Source: Desulfuromonadales bacterium (GTDB taxonomy: Bacteria; Desulfobacterota; Desulfuromonadia; Desulfuromonadales; SZUA-540). From it: a DNA stretch of 64,000 bases. The DNA is taken from the NCBI GenBank assembly GCA_033549025.1, contig JAWSUS010000015.1, forward strand, positions 1 through 64,000, read 5' to 3'. Made by a program: the position numbers and the translations under genes. The notes below the pieces were generated by a model. The model saw only the letters and a list, made by a program, of their open reading frames with translations, did not search any database and had not been told where the DNA came from. Shown here one piece after another: positions 28,423-36,881 of this stretch (its first letter is position 1; the number at the start of each line of letters is the position of its first letter).

Positions 28423-29636
28423 GGTTCTTCACCTCCATGAGTCGTTTCTAGACGCCAGCGCATCAGCAGGCTCGCTCCTATGGCCAAAAGGCCCATTGCC
28501 ACGCATCCTGGCAAGATGATAGAAAAAGGGATTCCGACCTTGATCAATCCGCCCATCAGCACCGGCCCTAAGGCCGTCGCGAAAACGCCGATCGTTGCCA
28601 CGGTCCCCTTGGTTGCCCCCAGCGACTCGACCCCGTAGACCTCCGCCCACAGCGCCGACATCATCGGATTGGCGATTCCCTGGCTGAAGCCCACAAGAAG
28701 CAGGTAGACGAGGGCGACCCAGGGAGATGTTCCGAAACTCAGAAAGATCAGGCCAGCGCAGGCCGGAACGAGGATATACGGAAAGAGCCTCGTTGCGCTC
28801 CAGCGGTCGATCCATGGTCCCGCCAGCAGCGAACCGGCCATACGCGCCAGAGCAAATCCGATGAACGCAGTCGCCATGACCTGCGCCGACCATCCCCGGT
28901 CTTGCCCGAGAGGCGCCTGATAGAGAAAGAGCGCCGTCAGCACTAGAGGGAGGAAAATGCTTCCCGGAAGCAGGCCATAGAAGCGCCAGTCCCGCAACAG
29001 GGCCGGACGCGGTCTAAGGATGGGAGCCGGATCCGCCGGTGTGGCGTCGGACGCCTGCAGGCCGCGCAATAGAAGGAACATGGAAGGAAGAAGGGTCAAA
29101 GCGATGACTCCGCCGAGAATCGCCCAACTCCACCGCCACCCCACACCCAGAATCAGCAGGAGAACCAGCGAAGGCAGGAGCCCTTCCCCGAGGGGATAAC
29201 CGAGGCTGGAGACGCTAAGCGCCCTCCCCCTTCCCTTGCCGAAGAGGCGGGCCATGGTCGTGGAGGCCGTCAAGCTGAGCAGTCCTTGACCGGTCAGGCG
29301 CAGCCCAAGGATTGCCAGGAAAAGGGCCCAGACCGCAGGAGAGGCGGCCATGAAAATGCAGGCCGCAACCATGCATGATCCCACCGCGAGACTGAAGCGC
29401 CGGACTTCCACCCGGTCGATCAGTCCGCCAAAGTACGGCAGGCTTGCCGCGCTCAGGAGGGTGGCGGCGGAGTATAGGATACCAAACTGGGCGGTATCCA
29501 GCCGGAAGGTGTCCAGCCAATAGGGCACAAAGATGGAGATCAGGAACGTCTGGCCGAAGCTGGAGAATAAGGTCAGTAGCACCCCGAAGGACAGGATGGC
29601 TGGATGAGATGCGAAAAAGCGGAAGTATGCGGTCAT
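28401..29636 (-). CDS. MFS transporter
   Basis: About 12 TM segments, SSFGQTF, GGLIDR, GPWIDR. Confidence 0.88.
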   Translation of the reverse strand: MTAYFRFFASHPAILSFGVLLTLFSSFGQTFLISIFVPYWLDTFRLDTAQFGILYSAATLLSAASLPYFGGLIDRVEVRRFSLAVGSCMVAACIFMAASPAVWALFLAILGLRLTGQGLLSLTASTTMARLFGKGRGRALSVSSLGYPLGEGLLPSLVLLLILGVGWRWSWAILGGVIALTLLPSMFLLLRGLQASDATPADPAPILRPRPALLRDWRFYGLLPGSIFLPLVLTALFLYQAPLGQDRGWSAQVMATAFIGFALARMAGSLLAGPWIDRWSATRLFPYILVPACAGLIFLSFGTSPWVALVYLLLVGFSQGIANPMMSALWAEVYGVESLGATKGTVATIGVFATALGPVLMGGLIKVGIPFSIILPGCVAMGLLAIGASLLMRWRLETTHGGEEPCVTTSI

Positions 29637-29690
29637 AATCTTATCTGTTAAATGGTCCTTATTTTACGCGGAGACGAACTGGATGAGGTA

Positions 29691-30023
29691 TCAATCCTCC
29701 TTTTTGTTCTCCGATGTGCAATCCGCACAGGTCAGGACGGTTGGATCGTTCAGCAGGTGCTCCTCGGAGATATTCCCTCCACAGGTCACACAATACCAGT
29801 ATTCGTCTCGGCGTATGCGTTCCAGAGCAAGATTGATGCGCTGCCGCTCCGCTTCTGTCGGAGAAACAGTGCCCTGCGACATGGCCTGCCGTTGCAGCGC
29901 ACTAAACTGTTTCAGGAGGAGACCCTGAAAATGCTCAAGATTTTTTTTGCACCCGATGCTCCTTCCTGTGCGAATTGGCCATTTCCAGCTCCCCTCTGCA
30001 GGTCCCACCTGCGCACTGCTCAT
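29691..30023 (-). CDS. TraR/DksA C4 zinc-finger protein with shortened coiled coil; start uncertain, possibly frameshifted
   Basis: ALERIRRDEYWYCVTCGGNI..HLLNDPTVLTCADC; the best-RBS GTG (29952) is out of frame by one base in an A8 tract. Confidence 0.65.
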   Translation of the reverse strand: MSSAQVGPAEGSWKWPIRTGRSIGCKKNLEHFQGLLLKQFSALQRQAMSQGTVSPTEAERQRINLALERIRRDEYWYCVTCGGNISEEHLLNDPTVLTCADCTSENKKED

Positions 30024-30378
30024 TTTAGGATCACGCCGGCAGCAATCCGAGCCGCCTATCGATTGGCAGTATCATGATTCGAATTGTGATGTTTTGCCCG
30101 TAGGAAACTGCAGACTGCGCGCGGGAGCTGAGCCGGCGGTGCCCCTCTCAAATCGGTTTTGGAGGAGTACCCATGAAAAGGGGGAGAAGTAGTCAATCTT
30201 TGGGTTGCCGTGTGGATTCTTTTACCATTTTATGGTGGGGAATACAATCCTCTGAAACAGGATACCGCCACAATAACGCTGGCTTGGCGATCCGTCAAAA
30301 GTTTTCGGGCACAAAAAGGACAATTGCCTTATACTGCCGCCACTTCCCGAAAAAGCCGAACAAAAGGATAGTGAGACG

Positions 30379-31362
30379 ATGACCGAGAACCAGCCCCCCT
30401 TCCAGAGCCTGACCCCCAGCTTCATCATGGACGCCGTCGAAAGCCAGGGCTACGTCTGCGACTGCCGCACCCTGGCCCTGAACAGCTACGAGAACCGCGT
30501 CTACCAGGTGGGCATCGAGGAAGGCCAGCCGCTCATCGCCAAGTTCTACCGCCCCCAGCGCTGGACCGACGCGCAGATTGGCGAGGAGCACCAGTTCTGC
30601 TTCGAGCTGCGGGAGCACGAGCTTCCCGTCGTCGCCCCCCTGCGCAATGAGGCAGGGGAGAGCCTCTTTCACTACGGCGGCTTCCGCTTCGCCCTCTATG
30701 CACGCCAGGGGGGACACGCCCCCGAGTTCGACGATCTGGACAACCTGCTCATCATGGGACGCCTGCTCGGTCGCCTGCACCGCATCGGCGCCATTCGCCC
30801 CTTTGTTCACCGGCCTCATCTCGACGGCCAGAGCTTCGGCCACGACAGCGTCGCCCTCATCAGCGAGCGCTTCATCCCGGCCGAGTACAAGGCCAATTAC
30901 GACGCCCTCACGACGGATCTGCTGCAGGCCGTCGACGAGCTGACGGCGACGGTGACGGCCCGCTCCATCCGCGTGCACGGCGACTGCCATGCCGGCAATA
31001 TTCTCTGGCGCGACGACGCCCCCCATCTGGTCGATCTGGACGACGCCCGCATGGCCCCGGCCGTACAGGATATCTGGATGATGCTTTCGGGCGACCGCAC
31101 CCGCCAGCAGGTGCAGCTGGCGGAGATCCTCGACGGCTACCAGGAGTTCTACGATTTTCACCCGGCCGAGCTGCGTCTGATCGAGGCTTTGCGCAGCCTG
31201 CGCATCCTGCACTTCACCGCCTGGCTGGCCCGCCGCTGGGACGACCCCACCTTTCCCCGCCATTTTTCCTGGTTCAACACCCCCCGCTACTGGGGCGAGC
31301 ACATTCTGCAGCTGCGCGAGCAGATCGCCGCTTTGGCCGAGCCTCCTCTGCAGGCCCCCTGA
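30379..31362 (+). CDS. srkA: Stress response Ser/Thr kinase SrkA (RdoA/YihE)
   Basis: LNSYENRVY, AKFYRP.RW, HGDCHAGN, DLDD, RRWDDP.FP. Confidence 0.93.
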   Translation: MTENQPPFQSLTPSFIMDAVESQGYVCDCRTLALNSYENRVYQVGIEEGQPLIAKFYRPQRWTDAQIGEEHQFCFELREHELPVVAPLRNEAGESLFHYGGFRFALYARQGGHAPEFDDLDNLLIMGRLLGRLHRIGAIRPFVHRPHLDGQSFGHDSVALISERFIPAEYKANYDALTTDLLQAVDELTATVTARSIRVHGDCHAGNILWRDDAPHLVDLDDARMAPAVQDIWMMLSGDRTRQQVQLAEILDGYQEFYDFHPAELRLIEALRSLRILHFTAWLARRWDDPTFPRHFSWFNTPRYWGEHILQLREQIAALAEPPLQAP

Positions 31363-31374
31363 GCACACCTGCCG

Positions 31375-32283
31375 TCAGGGCCACCACTGCAAAAGGAGAT
31401 AGAGCAGGGGCAGGGTTCCAAAGGACAGAATGATGCCCATGCCCACCAGGGACACCGCCAGCTCCGCTTCCATCCCCGCCACGACGGCGAGAGCGCCCGC
31501 CGTCACCATGGGCGGCATGCCGGCTTCAAAGATGGGGATATCCGCCGGCAGGCCGTGCAGCCCCAACAACCGGCACAGGAGCAGTGCGGCCAGAGGAGCC
31601 GCGACCAGCTTTATGCCCAGGCCAAAGCTCAGGGGCGCCAGCACGCTTGGCTGCAGCCGCCAACGCATCTGGAAACCGATGGCGGTCATCACCAGGGGAA
31701 TAAGAGCGAGGGAAGTGTTCCGCAGGGCCAGCTCCACTGCCTCCGGGTAGGGCCAGGAACGCAGGGCAAAGCCTGCCAGCAGGGCCAGCGTGGGCGGAAA
31801 GAGAATCCCCCGCCGGGCGATAGCCGGCAGATTGAGAGAGCCTCCTTTGCCGTAGATCGCCAGAATCAGCGAGCCGTAGGTCGAAAAGGTCAGCATGGTG
31901 CCTATCTGGTCGTAGATGATGAGATAGGGCAACCCCGCCTCACCGAAAAAGGCCTGCACCATGGGCACCCCCAAAAAAGAGGTATTACCCAGGGGCACAA
32001 CCAGCAGCAGAACGCCCACCGTGGCGCGCGGCCACCGAAACAGCCTGGCGGCCGCCAGCACCGCCGCCGCCGAAAAGAGGAGCACTCCCCAGGGGAGCAG
32101 CGCCGCCGTCAGCATCTCGCGGGAAAAGTCCAGCTCAGGCACCTTGAGCAGGACCAGGGCCGGCAGCGCGACATAAAGAGCGAACATGTTGAGAACCTGG
32201 GGCGTATCCTTGGGAAAGGCCTGCAACCGCCGGAAGAGCATCCCCAACAGCACAAAAACCCCGATCAGCACAAAATTCGCCAT
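31375..32283 (-). CDS. AEC (auxin efflux carrier) family transporter
   Basis: YVALPAL, GNTSFLG.P, EAGMPP; about 10 TM segments. Confidence 0.88.
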   Translation of the reverse strand: MANFVLIGVFVLLGMLFRRLQAFPKDTPQVLNMFALYVALPALVLLKVPELDFSREMLTAALLPWGVLLFSAAAVLAAARLFRWPRATVGVLLLVVPLGNTSFLGVPMVQAFFGEAGLPYLIIYDQIGTMLTFSTYGSLILAIYGKGGSLNLPAIARRGILFPPTLALLAGFALRSWPYPEAVELALRNTSLALIPLVMTAIGFQMRWRLQPSVLAPLSFGLGIKLVAAPLAALLLCRLLGLHGLPADIPIFEAGMPPMVTAGALAVVAGMEAELAVSLVGMGIILSFGTLPLLYLLLQWWP

Positions 32284-32298
32284 GGTCCTCCCCTGCGC

Positions 32299-33543
32299 TT
32301 AAAGGTCTTCAAGACGCCCTCCCCCCCGCATCGACAGAAACGAGGCCAGCATCACGGCCATGCCCGTCAGTCCCCCCGACAGCAGAAAAGCCGTAGTGAA
32401 GGTGCCGCTGGTCTCGGCTAGCACACCGGCGCTGGCCGGACCGAGGGTCTGGCCGACAGCGAAGAAAACGGTGATGAGGGAGAAGCCCGCCGCTGCCCGT
32501 GACAGGCCGAGGAGGTCGCCGACAGCGGCGGCCATGATGGTCGGAATGGCAAAGGTGGAGAGGCCATAAAGGACGACGGAAGCCACCAGGGCCCCTTCGC
32601 CCAAGGCAGAGCCGGCCAACAGGTAAGCCAGGCTCTGAATGACGAAGACGACCATGAGCCCGCTCTTGCGGCCGAGGCGGTCGGACAGCGCCCCGAAGCC
32701 CACACCGGAGAAGAGGCTGAAAAAGCCGACCCACGACCAGAACAGGCCGGCGCGGGCCTCGGCGAGACCGAATTCGGCGACCATGGCCGTGACGATAAAG
32801 GTGCCGTAGACCATGTAGGTGGCACCGAAGATAAGGTAGAGCACGCCGAGCAGCAGCAGGCTGCGGCCGCTCCCCGCCGGCGAATGTTCGGCAACGGCGG
32901 CGGGTTCGAGGGACTGTCTGGCGCCCAGCGGCGTTAGTCCCAGTTCGGCCGGATCGTTGCGCACCAGCATCGCCGTGCAGACCGCCGCCCCCAGGGTGAT
33001 GGCCGCCAGAATGAGCCAGCCCGTGCGCCAGCCCTGCATCCCCAGGCTGGCGTTGAGGGTGGGGATCAAAAAGCCGGAGAAGATGATGGCGGCGCCGTTG
33101 CCCATGATCATGAGGCCGGCGGCACGGCCGCGCCGTTCGCGGCGGAACCAGTGGGAGATGAGCACTACCGCCGGGATATTGGCGAAACCTCCCCCCATGC
33201 CGACCAGCGTATAAAAGACCAGCAGGGGTAAGAAACGGTCGGTCTGGCTGATGCCAACCATGCACAGGGCAATCAGCAGCAGACTGCCGGTGATGAGCAC
33301 GCGGGGCCGGACCAGGCGCAGCAGCAGGGGCGCCAGGGCCACCGAGACCAGGTAACCGGCGAAGTTGCCGGTGCTGACGTAGCCCATCTGGTCATAGCCG
33401 AGGCCGAGGCCGGTTTTCATGGCAGGCAACAGCATGCCGAAGGCAAACCGGGCCAGCCCCAGGCAGGAAAAGATGGTCAGGCCGCCGCAGAGGACGATGA
33501 CCCAGGCGTAATGAAAGGGCAGGGATGTCTTGGGTTGGTTCAT
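32299..33543 (-). CDS. MFS transporter (YbfB/YjiJ-like)
   Basis: GLARFAFG.LLP, N.AGYL, GALSDRLGRK. Confidence 0.88.
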   Translation of the reverse strand: MNQPKTSLPFHYAWVIVLCGGLTIFSCLGLARFAFGMLLPAMKTGLGLGYDQMGYVSTGNFAGYLVSVALAPLLLRLVRPRVLITGSLLLIALCMVGISQTDRFLPLLVFYTLVGMGGGFANIPAVVLISHWFRRERRGRAAGLMIMGNGAAIIFSGFLIPTLNASLGMQGWRTGWLILAAITLGAAVCTAMLVRNDPAELGLTPLGARQSLEPAAVAEHSPAGSGRSLLLLGVLYLIFGATYMVYGTFIVTAMVAEFGLAEARAGLFWSWVGFFSLFSGVGFGALSDRLGRKSGLMVVFVIQSLAYLLAGSALGEGALVASVVLYGLSTFAIPTIMAAAVGDLLGLSRAAAGFSLITVFFAVGQTLGPASAGVLAETSGTFTTAFLLSGGLTGMAVMLASFLSMRGGGRLEDL

Positions 33544-33567
33544 GAAGTGCCCGGCGCGTGGAATAGT

Positions 33568-33602
33568 AAAAAGCCGCGCCCCCTTTCGATGCGGGGCGCG
33601 GC
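33568..33602 (-). terminator. Intrinsic terminator after slyD
   Basis: gccgcgcccc/ggggcgcggc stem with an A-tract on its left on the + strand. Confidence 0.7.
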
Positions 33603-33620
33603 CAGATTGGTGCGGTTGGA

Positions 33621-34115
33621 CTAGAGAATCTCGACCAGGGTGAATTCGTAGGTGAGATCTTCGCCAGCTAAGGGGTGGTTGGCGTCGAAGGTGATGCTAT
33701 CGTCCGCTACCTCGACCACCGTGACGCCGATGGCCTCGTCTTCCTCGTCGGTGAGCACCAGCTCTTCACCGACCTCGGGCTGCATGTCGTCGGGGATTTG
33801 CTCGCGGGGAACGGCGAAGACTTTGCTCTCGTCGTAGTCGCCAAAAGCCTCTTCACAAGGGATGGTCAGGGTCTTCTTCTCCCCCGCCGCCATGCCGATG
33901 AGAGCCTCTTCGATCTGCTCGAAGAACTCTCCCTCGCCAATGACCAACTCCATGGGTCCCGCTTCGCAACCGCAGCTGTCATCGCCGCAGTCGTCCGTAT
34001 CGCAATGGCCGGATTCGCAGTCGCCGCTATCCAGGGTGCTGTCGAAAATGGTGCCGTCTTCCAGGGTGCCGGTAAAATCGATGCGGACCCGATCGCCTTT
34101 TTTGGCCTGTGCCAT
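33621..34115 (-). CDS. FKBP-type peptidyl-prolyl isomerase (SlyD/FkpB-like) with internal Cys/Asp-rich insert
   Basis: GTLEDGTIFDST, EEALIGM..GEKK, EAFG, DANHPLAGEDL. Confidence 0.9.
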   Translation of the reverse strand: MAQAKKGDRVRIDFTGTLEDGTIFDSTLDSGDCESGHCDTDDCGDDSCGCEAGPMELVIGEGEFFEQIEEALIGMAAGEKKTLTIPCEEAFGDYDESKVFAVPREQIPDDMQPEVGEELVLTDEEDEAIGVTVVEVADDSITFDANHPLAGEDLTYEFTLVEIL

Positions 34116-34172
34116 GATGTCTGTCCTTCCTATGCTGTGTGAAATGGATGTTGCCTGTAAGTGCCCGGCCGG

Positions 34173-35807
34173 TCAGGCCGCGCGGTTCTCCTGCCCGCTC
34201 TTGCGCAGGTAATATGCGTAATCGCCCTCGTACACCCGCATGTCGCCGTGATCGACCTCGAAGACCCGATTGACGAGGCTGCGCAGGAAGTGGCGGTCGT
34301 GGCTGACCAGCACGACGGTGCCGGCGAACTTCTGCAGGGCTTCCAGCAGCACCTCGCGGGACTGGATGTCGAGATGGTTGGTCGGCTCGTCGAGGATGAG
34401 AAAATTGATGGGCCGCGCCAGCAGAGTGGCCAGCACCACGCGGCTCTTCTCGCCACCGGAGAGCTTGTCGATGCGCTTGTCGACGTCGTCGCCGCTGAAC
34501 AGAAAGGCGGCGCAGAGGTTGCGCACCACACCGATAGAGGCCATGGGGATGGCTTCCTGCACCGTCTCGAAGACGGTGCGCCTGGGGTCGAGGACGTCCA
34601 TGGCGTGCTGGCTGAAGTAGCCCAGGTGAACGCTGGCTCCCAGGGTAACGCTCCCCTCGCTCGGCTCCGTCTGCCCGGCCAGCACCTTGAGAAAGGTCGA
34701 CTTGCCGGCGCCGTTGACCCCGACCACGGCGATCTTCTCCTGGCGACGGATGAGACCGGAAACGCCGCCGAAGACCGACTTCTCGCCGCCGTCGGGCAGC
34801 GGCCAGCGCTTGGCCAAACCGTCGATCTTCACCACATCGTCGCCGCTGCGCGGCGGTTCGGCAAATTCGAAGCGCACGGTGCGCTGTTCTGGCGGCAGCT
34901 CAATGCGATCGATCTTCTCCAGCTTTTTCACACGCGACTGCACCTGGGCGGCGTGAGAGGCGCGGGCAGCGAAGCGGGCGATGAAATCCTCTTCCTTGGC
35001 CAGCATCTCCTGCTGACGGCGGTGGCTGGCCAGCAGCTGCTCGCGGCGGATTTCGCGCTCGCGCAGGTAAAAATCGTAATTGCCGCCATAGGTCGTCACC
35101 GTGCGGTTGGCCACTTCGATGATGCGACTGACCAGGCGGTTCATGAAGTCGCGGTCGTGGCTCGTCATGAGCACCGCTCCCTTGAAGTCGGTAGACAGCC
35201 AGTTTTCCAGCCAGACGATGGACTCGACGTCGAGGTGGTTGGTCGGCTCGTCAAGGAGCAGCACGTCGGGGTTGAGGGTCAGGATGCGGGCCAGGGCGAT
35301 GCGCATCTTCCAGCCGCCGCTGAAGTCCCCTACCGAACGGTTGTAGTCGTCGGGCCCGATGCCGAGACCGGTAAGCACCGCCTGGGCGCGGGCTTCCAGG
35401 TCGTAGCCGCCGCGATGCTCGAACTCTTCCTGGGCATCGCCGTAGCGTTCCAGCAGCTCCGCCAGGGCGTCATCGGCCATCGGCTCGCACATGGCGGCCT
35501 CCATGGCCTTGATCTCCTCGCCGAGGGCCACGGTGCGGGCGGAAGCCGCCATGACCTCGGCCAGGGCGCTGCGGCCGGACATCTCGCCGACATCCTGGGA
35601 AAAATAGCCGATCACCGTCTTTTTCGAGCAGGAAATCTCGCCGCTGTCGGCATCTTCCTCACCGGTGATGAGGCGGAAAATGGTGGACTTGCCGGCGCCG
35701 TTGGGGCCGACGAGGCCGCTGCGGGTGCCGGGCAGTATCTGAAAGCTGGCGTTCTGAAAGAGGATCTGGGTGCCATGCTGCTTGTTGATGTTGGTCAGGT
35801 GAATCAT
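34173..35807 (-). CDS. ABC-F family ATP-binding protein
   Basis: Two ABC domains (GPNGAGKS/FSGGW/LDEPTNHLD; GVNGAGKS/LSGGE/LDEPTNHLD), no TM segments. Confidence 0.93.
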   Translation of the reverse strand: MIHLTNINKQHGTQILFQNASFQILPGTRSGLVGPNGAGKSTIFRLITGEEDADSGEISCSKKTVIGYFSQDVGEMSGRSALAEVMAASARTVALGEEIKAMEAAMCEPMADDALAELLERYGDAQEEFEHRGGYDLEARAQAVLTGLGIGPDDYNRSVGDFSGGWKMRIALARILTLNPDVLLLDEPTNHLDVESIVWLENWLSTDFKGAVLMTSHDRDFMNRLVSRIIEVANRTVTTYGGNYDFYLREREIRREQLLASHRRQQEMLAKEEDFIARFAARASHAAQVQSRVKKLEKIDRIELPPEQRTVRFEFAEPPRSGDDVVKIDGLAKRWPLPDGGEKSVFGGVSGLIRRQEKIAVVGVNGAGKSTFLKVLAGQTEPSEGSVTLGASVHLGYFSQHAMDVLDPRRTVFETVQEAIPMASIGVVRNLCAAFLFSGDDVDKRIDKLSGGEKSRVVLATLLARPINFLILDEPTNHLDIQSREVLLEALQKFAGTVVLVSHDRHFLRSLVNRVFEVDHGDMRVYEGDYAYYLRKSGQENRAA

Positions 35808-35999
35808 GAATCAAAGCTCCACGGAAAAAGTCCCGTCTTGTTAGCACGACCGACCCCCTAACGGCAAGACAAATAACCGAAAATCCCTTTCCACCCTGGC
35901 CGTGAGGGACGGATTAACCCCGCCGAAGAGGGGTACCGGGAAAACTGTTTGAAGCGCTGTCGGCTTCATGGCAAGATAGGGATTCCCGAGGAGGCGTAT

Positions 36000-36872
36000 A
36001 TGGAAAGTCAAAACAAGGACAGAGGCGAGCGCCTGGCCTGGATCAAGCAGGCCGTGATCGGCTTCTGGGCTGACAGCCCGCGCAACACCCTGGGCCCGGA
36101 CAGCGGCGAGAAAGCCTGGGATGAACCACTGCTGGCCTTTTCCCGCGGCGACGACCCCTTCTACGCCCAAATCAAGGCCGATCTGGGCGACTTCTACTGG
36201 ACGCCGGCGGACGCTTTCCGGCTGGCCTTCCCCGCTGAACCTGCCGCGGCTGGCGAACTGACGGTGATCACCTGGGTGCTGCCGCAGACGGCGGCCACCA
36301 AACAGGAGCAGCGCCGGGAAACCACCCTCCCCGGTCGGCGCTGGTCGCGCTCGCGTTTTTACGGGGAACAGTTCAACTGCGACCTGCGCCTGCATCTGGC
36401 CGGCCTGCTGACGGAAGCCGGCATTGCCGCCGTCGCCCCCGAGCGCCTGCCGGAATTCGGCTACCGCCGCTCGAAAACCTTCGGCCTGGCCTCCAACTGG
36501 TCGGAGCGACACGCCGCCTTCATCGCCGGGCTGGGCACCTTCGGCCTCAGCGACGGCCTCATCACCCCGCGTGGCAAGGCGGTGCGCATCGGCAGCGTCG
36601 TCGCCCGCCTCGACCTGCCAGCAACACCGCGCCCGTACCAGAGCCACCAGCAGTGGTGTCTGTGGTACGCCAAGGGAACCTGCGGCGTCTGCATCAAGCG
36701 CTGTCCGGCCGACGCCATCGACAGCGAGGGGCACGACAAGGATCGGTGCCATGACTACATCCGCGCCGTTACGGCCCCCCACGCCCGCCAGCATTACGGC
36801 GTCGAGGCCACCCCCTGCGGCCTGTGCCAGTGCGCCGTCCCCTGCGAGTCGCGTAACCCGACGGAAACCTGA
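36000..36872 (+). CDS. Epoxyqueuosine-reductase-like (QueG/RdhA-related) 4Fe-4S protein
   Basis: WSERHAAFIAGLGTFG, G..VRIGSV, C..CGVCIKRCP, CGLCQCAVPC; gaggagg RBS before ATG 36000. Confidence 0.75.
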   Translation: MESQNKDRGERLAWIKQAVIGFWADSPRNTLGPDSGEKAWDEPLLAFSRGDDPFYAQIKADLGDFYWTPADAFRLAFPAEPAAAGELTVITWVLPQTAATKQEQRRETTLPGRRWSRSRFYGEQFNCDLRLHLAGLLTEAGIAAVAPERLPEFGYRRSKTFGLASNWSERHAAFIAGLGTFGLSDGLITPRGKAVRIGSVVARLDLPATPRPYQSHQQWCLWYAKGTCGVCIKRCPADAIDSEGHDKDRCHDYIRAVTAPHARQHYGVEATPCGLCQCAVPCESRNPTET

Positions 36873-36881
36873 GGGACTAGA

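Larger units (their letters stand above)
19582..30275. other. Accessory-looking gene block between queF and srkA, with no mobility gene
   Basis: Less GC3-biased codon use and AT-richer intergenic DNA by eye, paralog triplication, gene remnants, weak boundary repeat aggataccg(cc)acaata. Confidence 0.45.

Noticed and set aside
35890..35950. Glycine riboswitch-like cgccgaag segment
   Set aside because: GGAGA and CTCTCAGG elements are missing.
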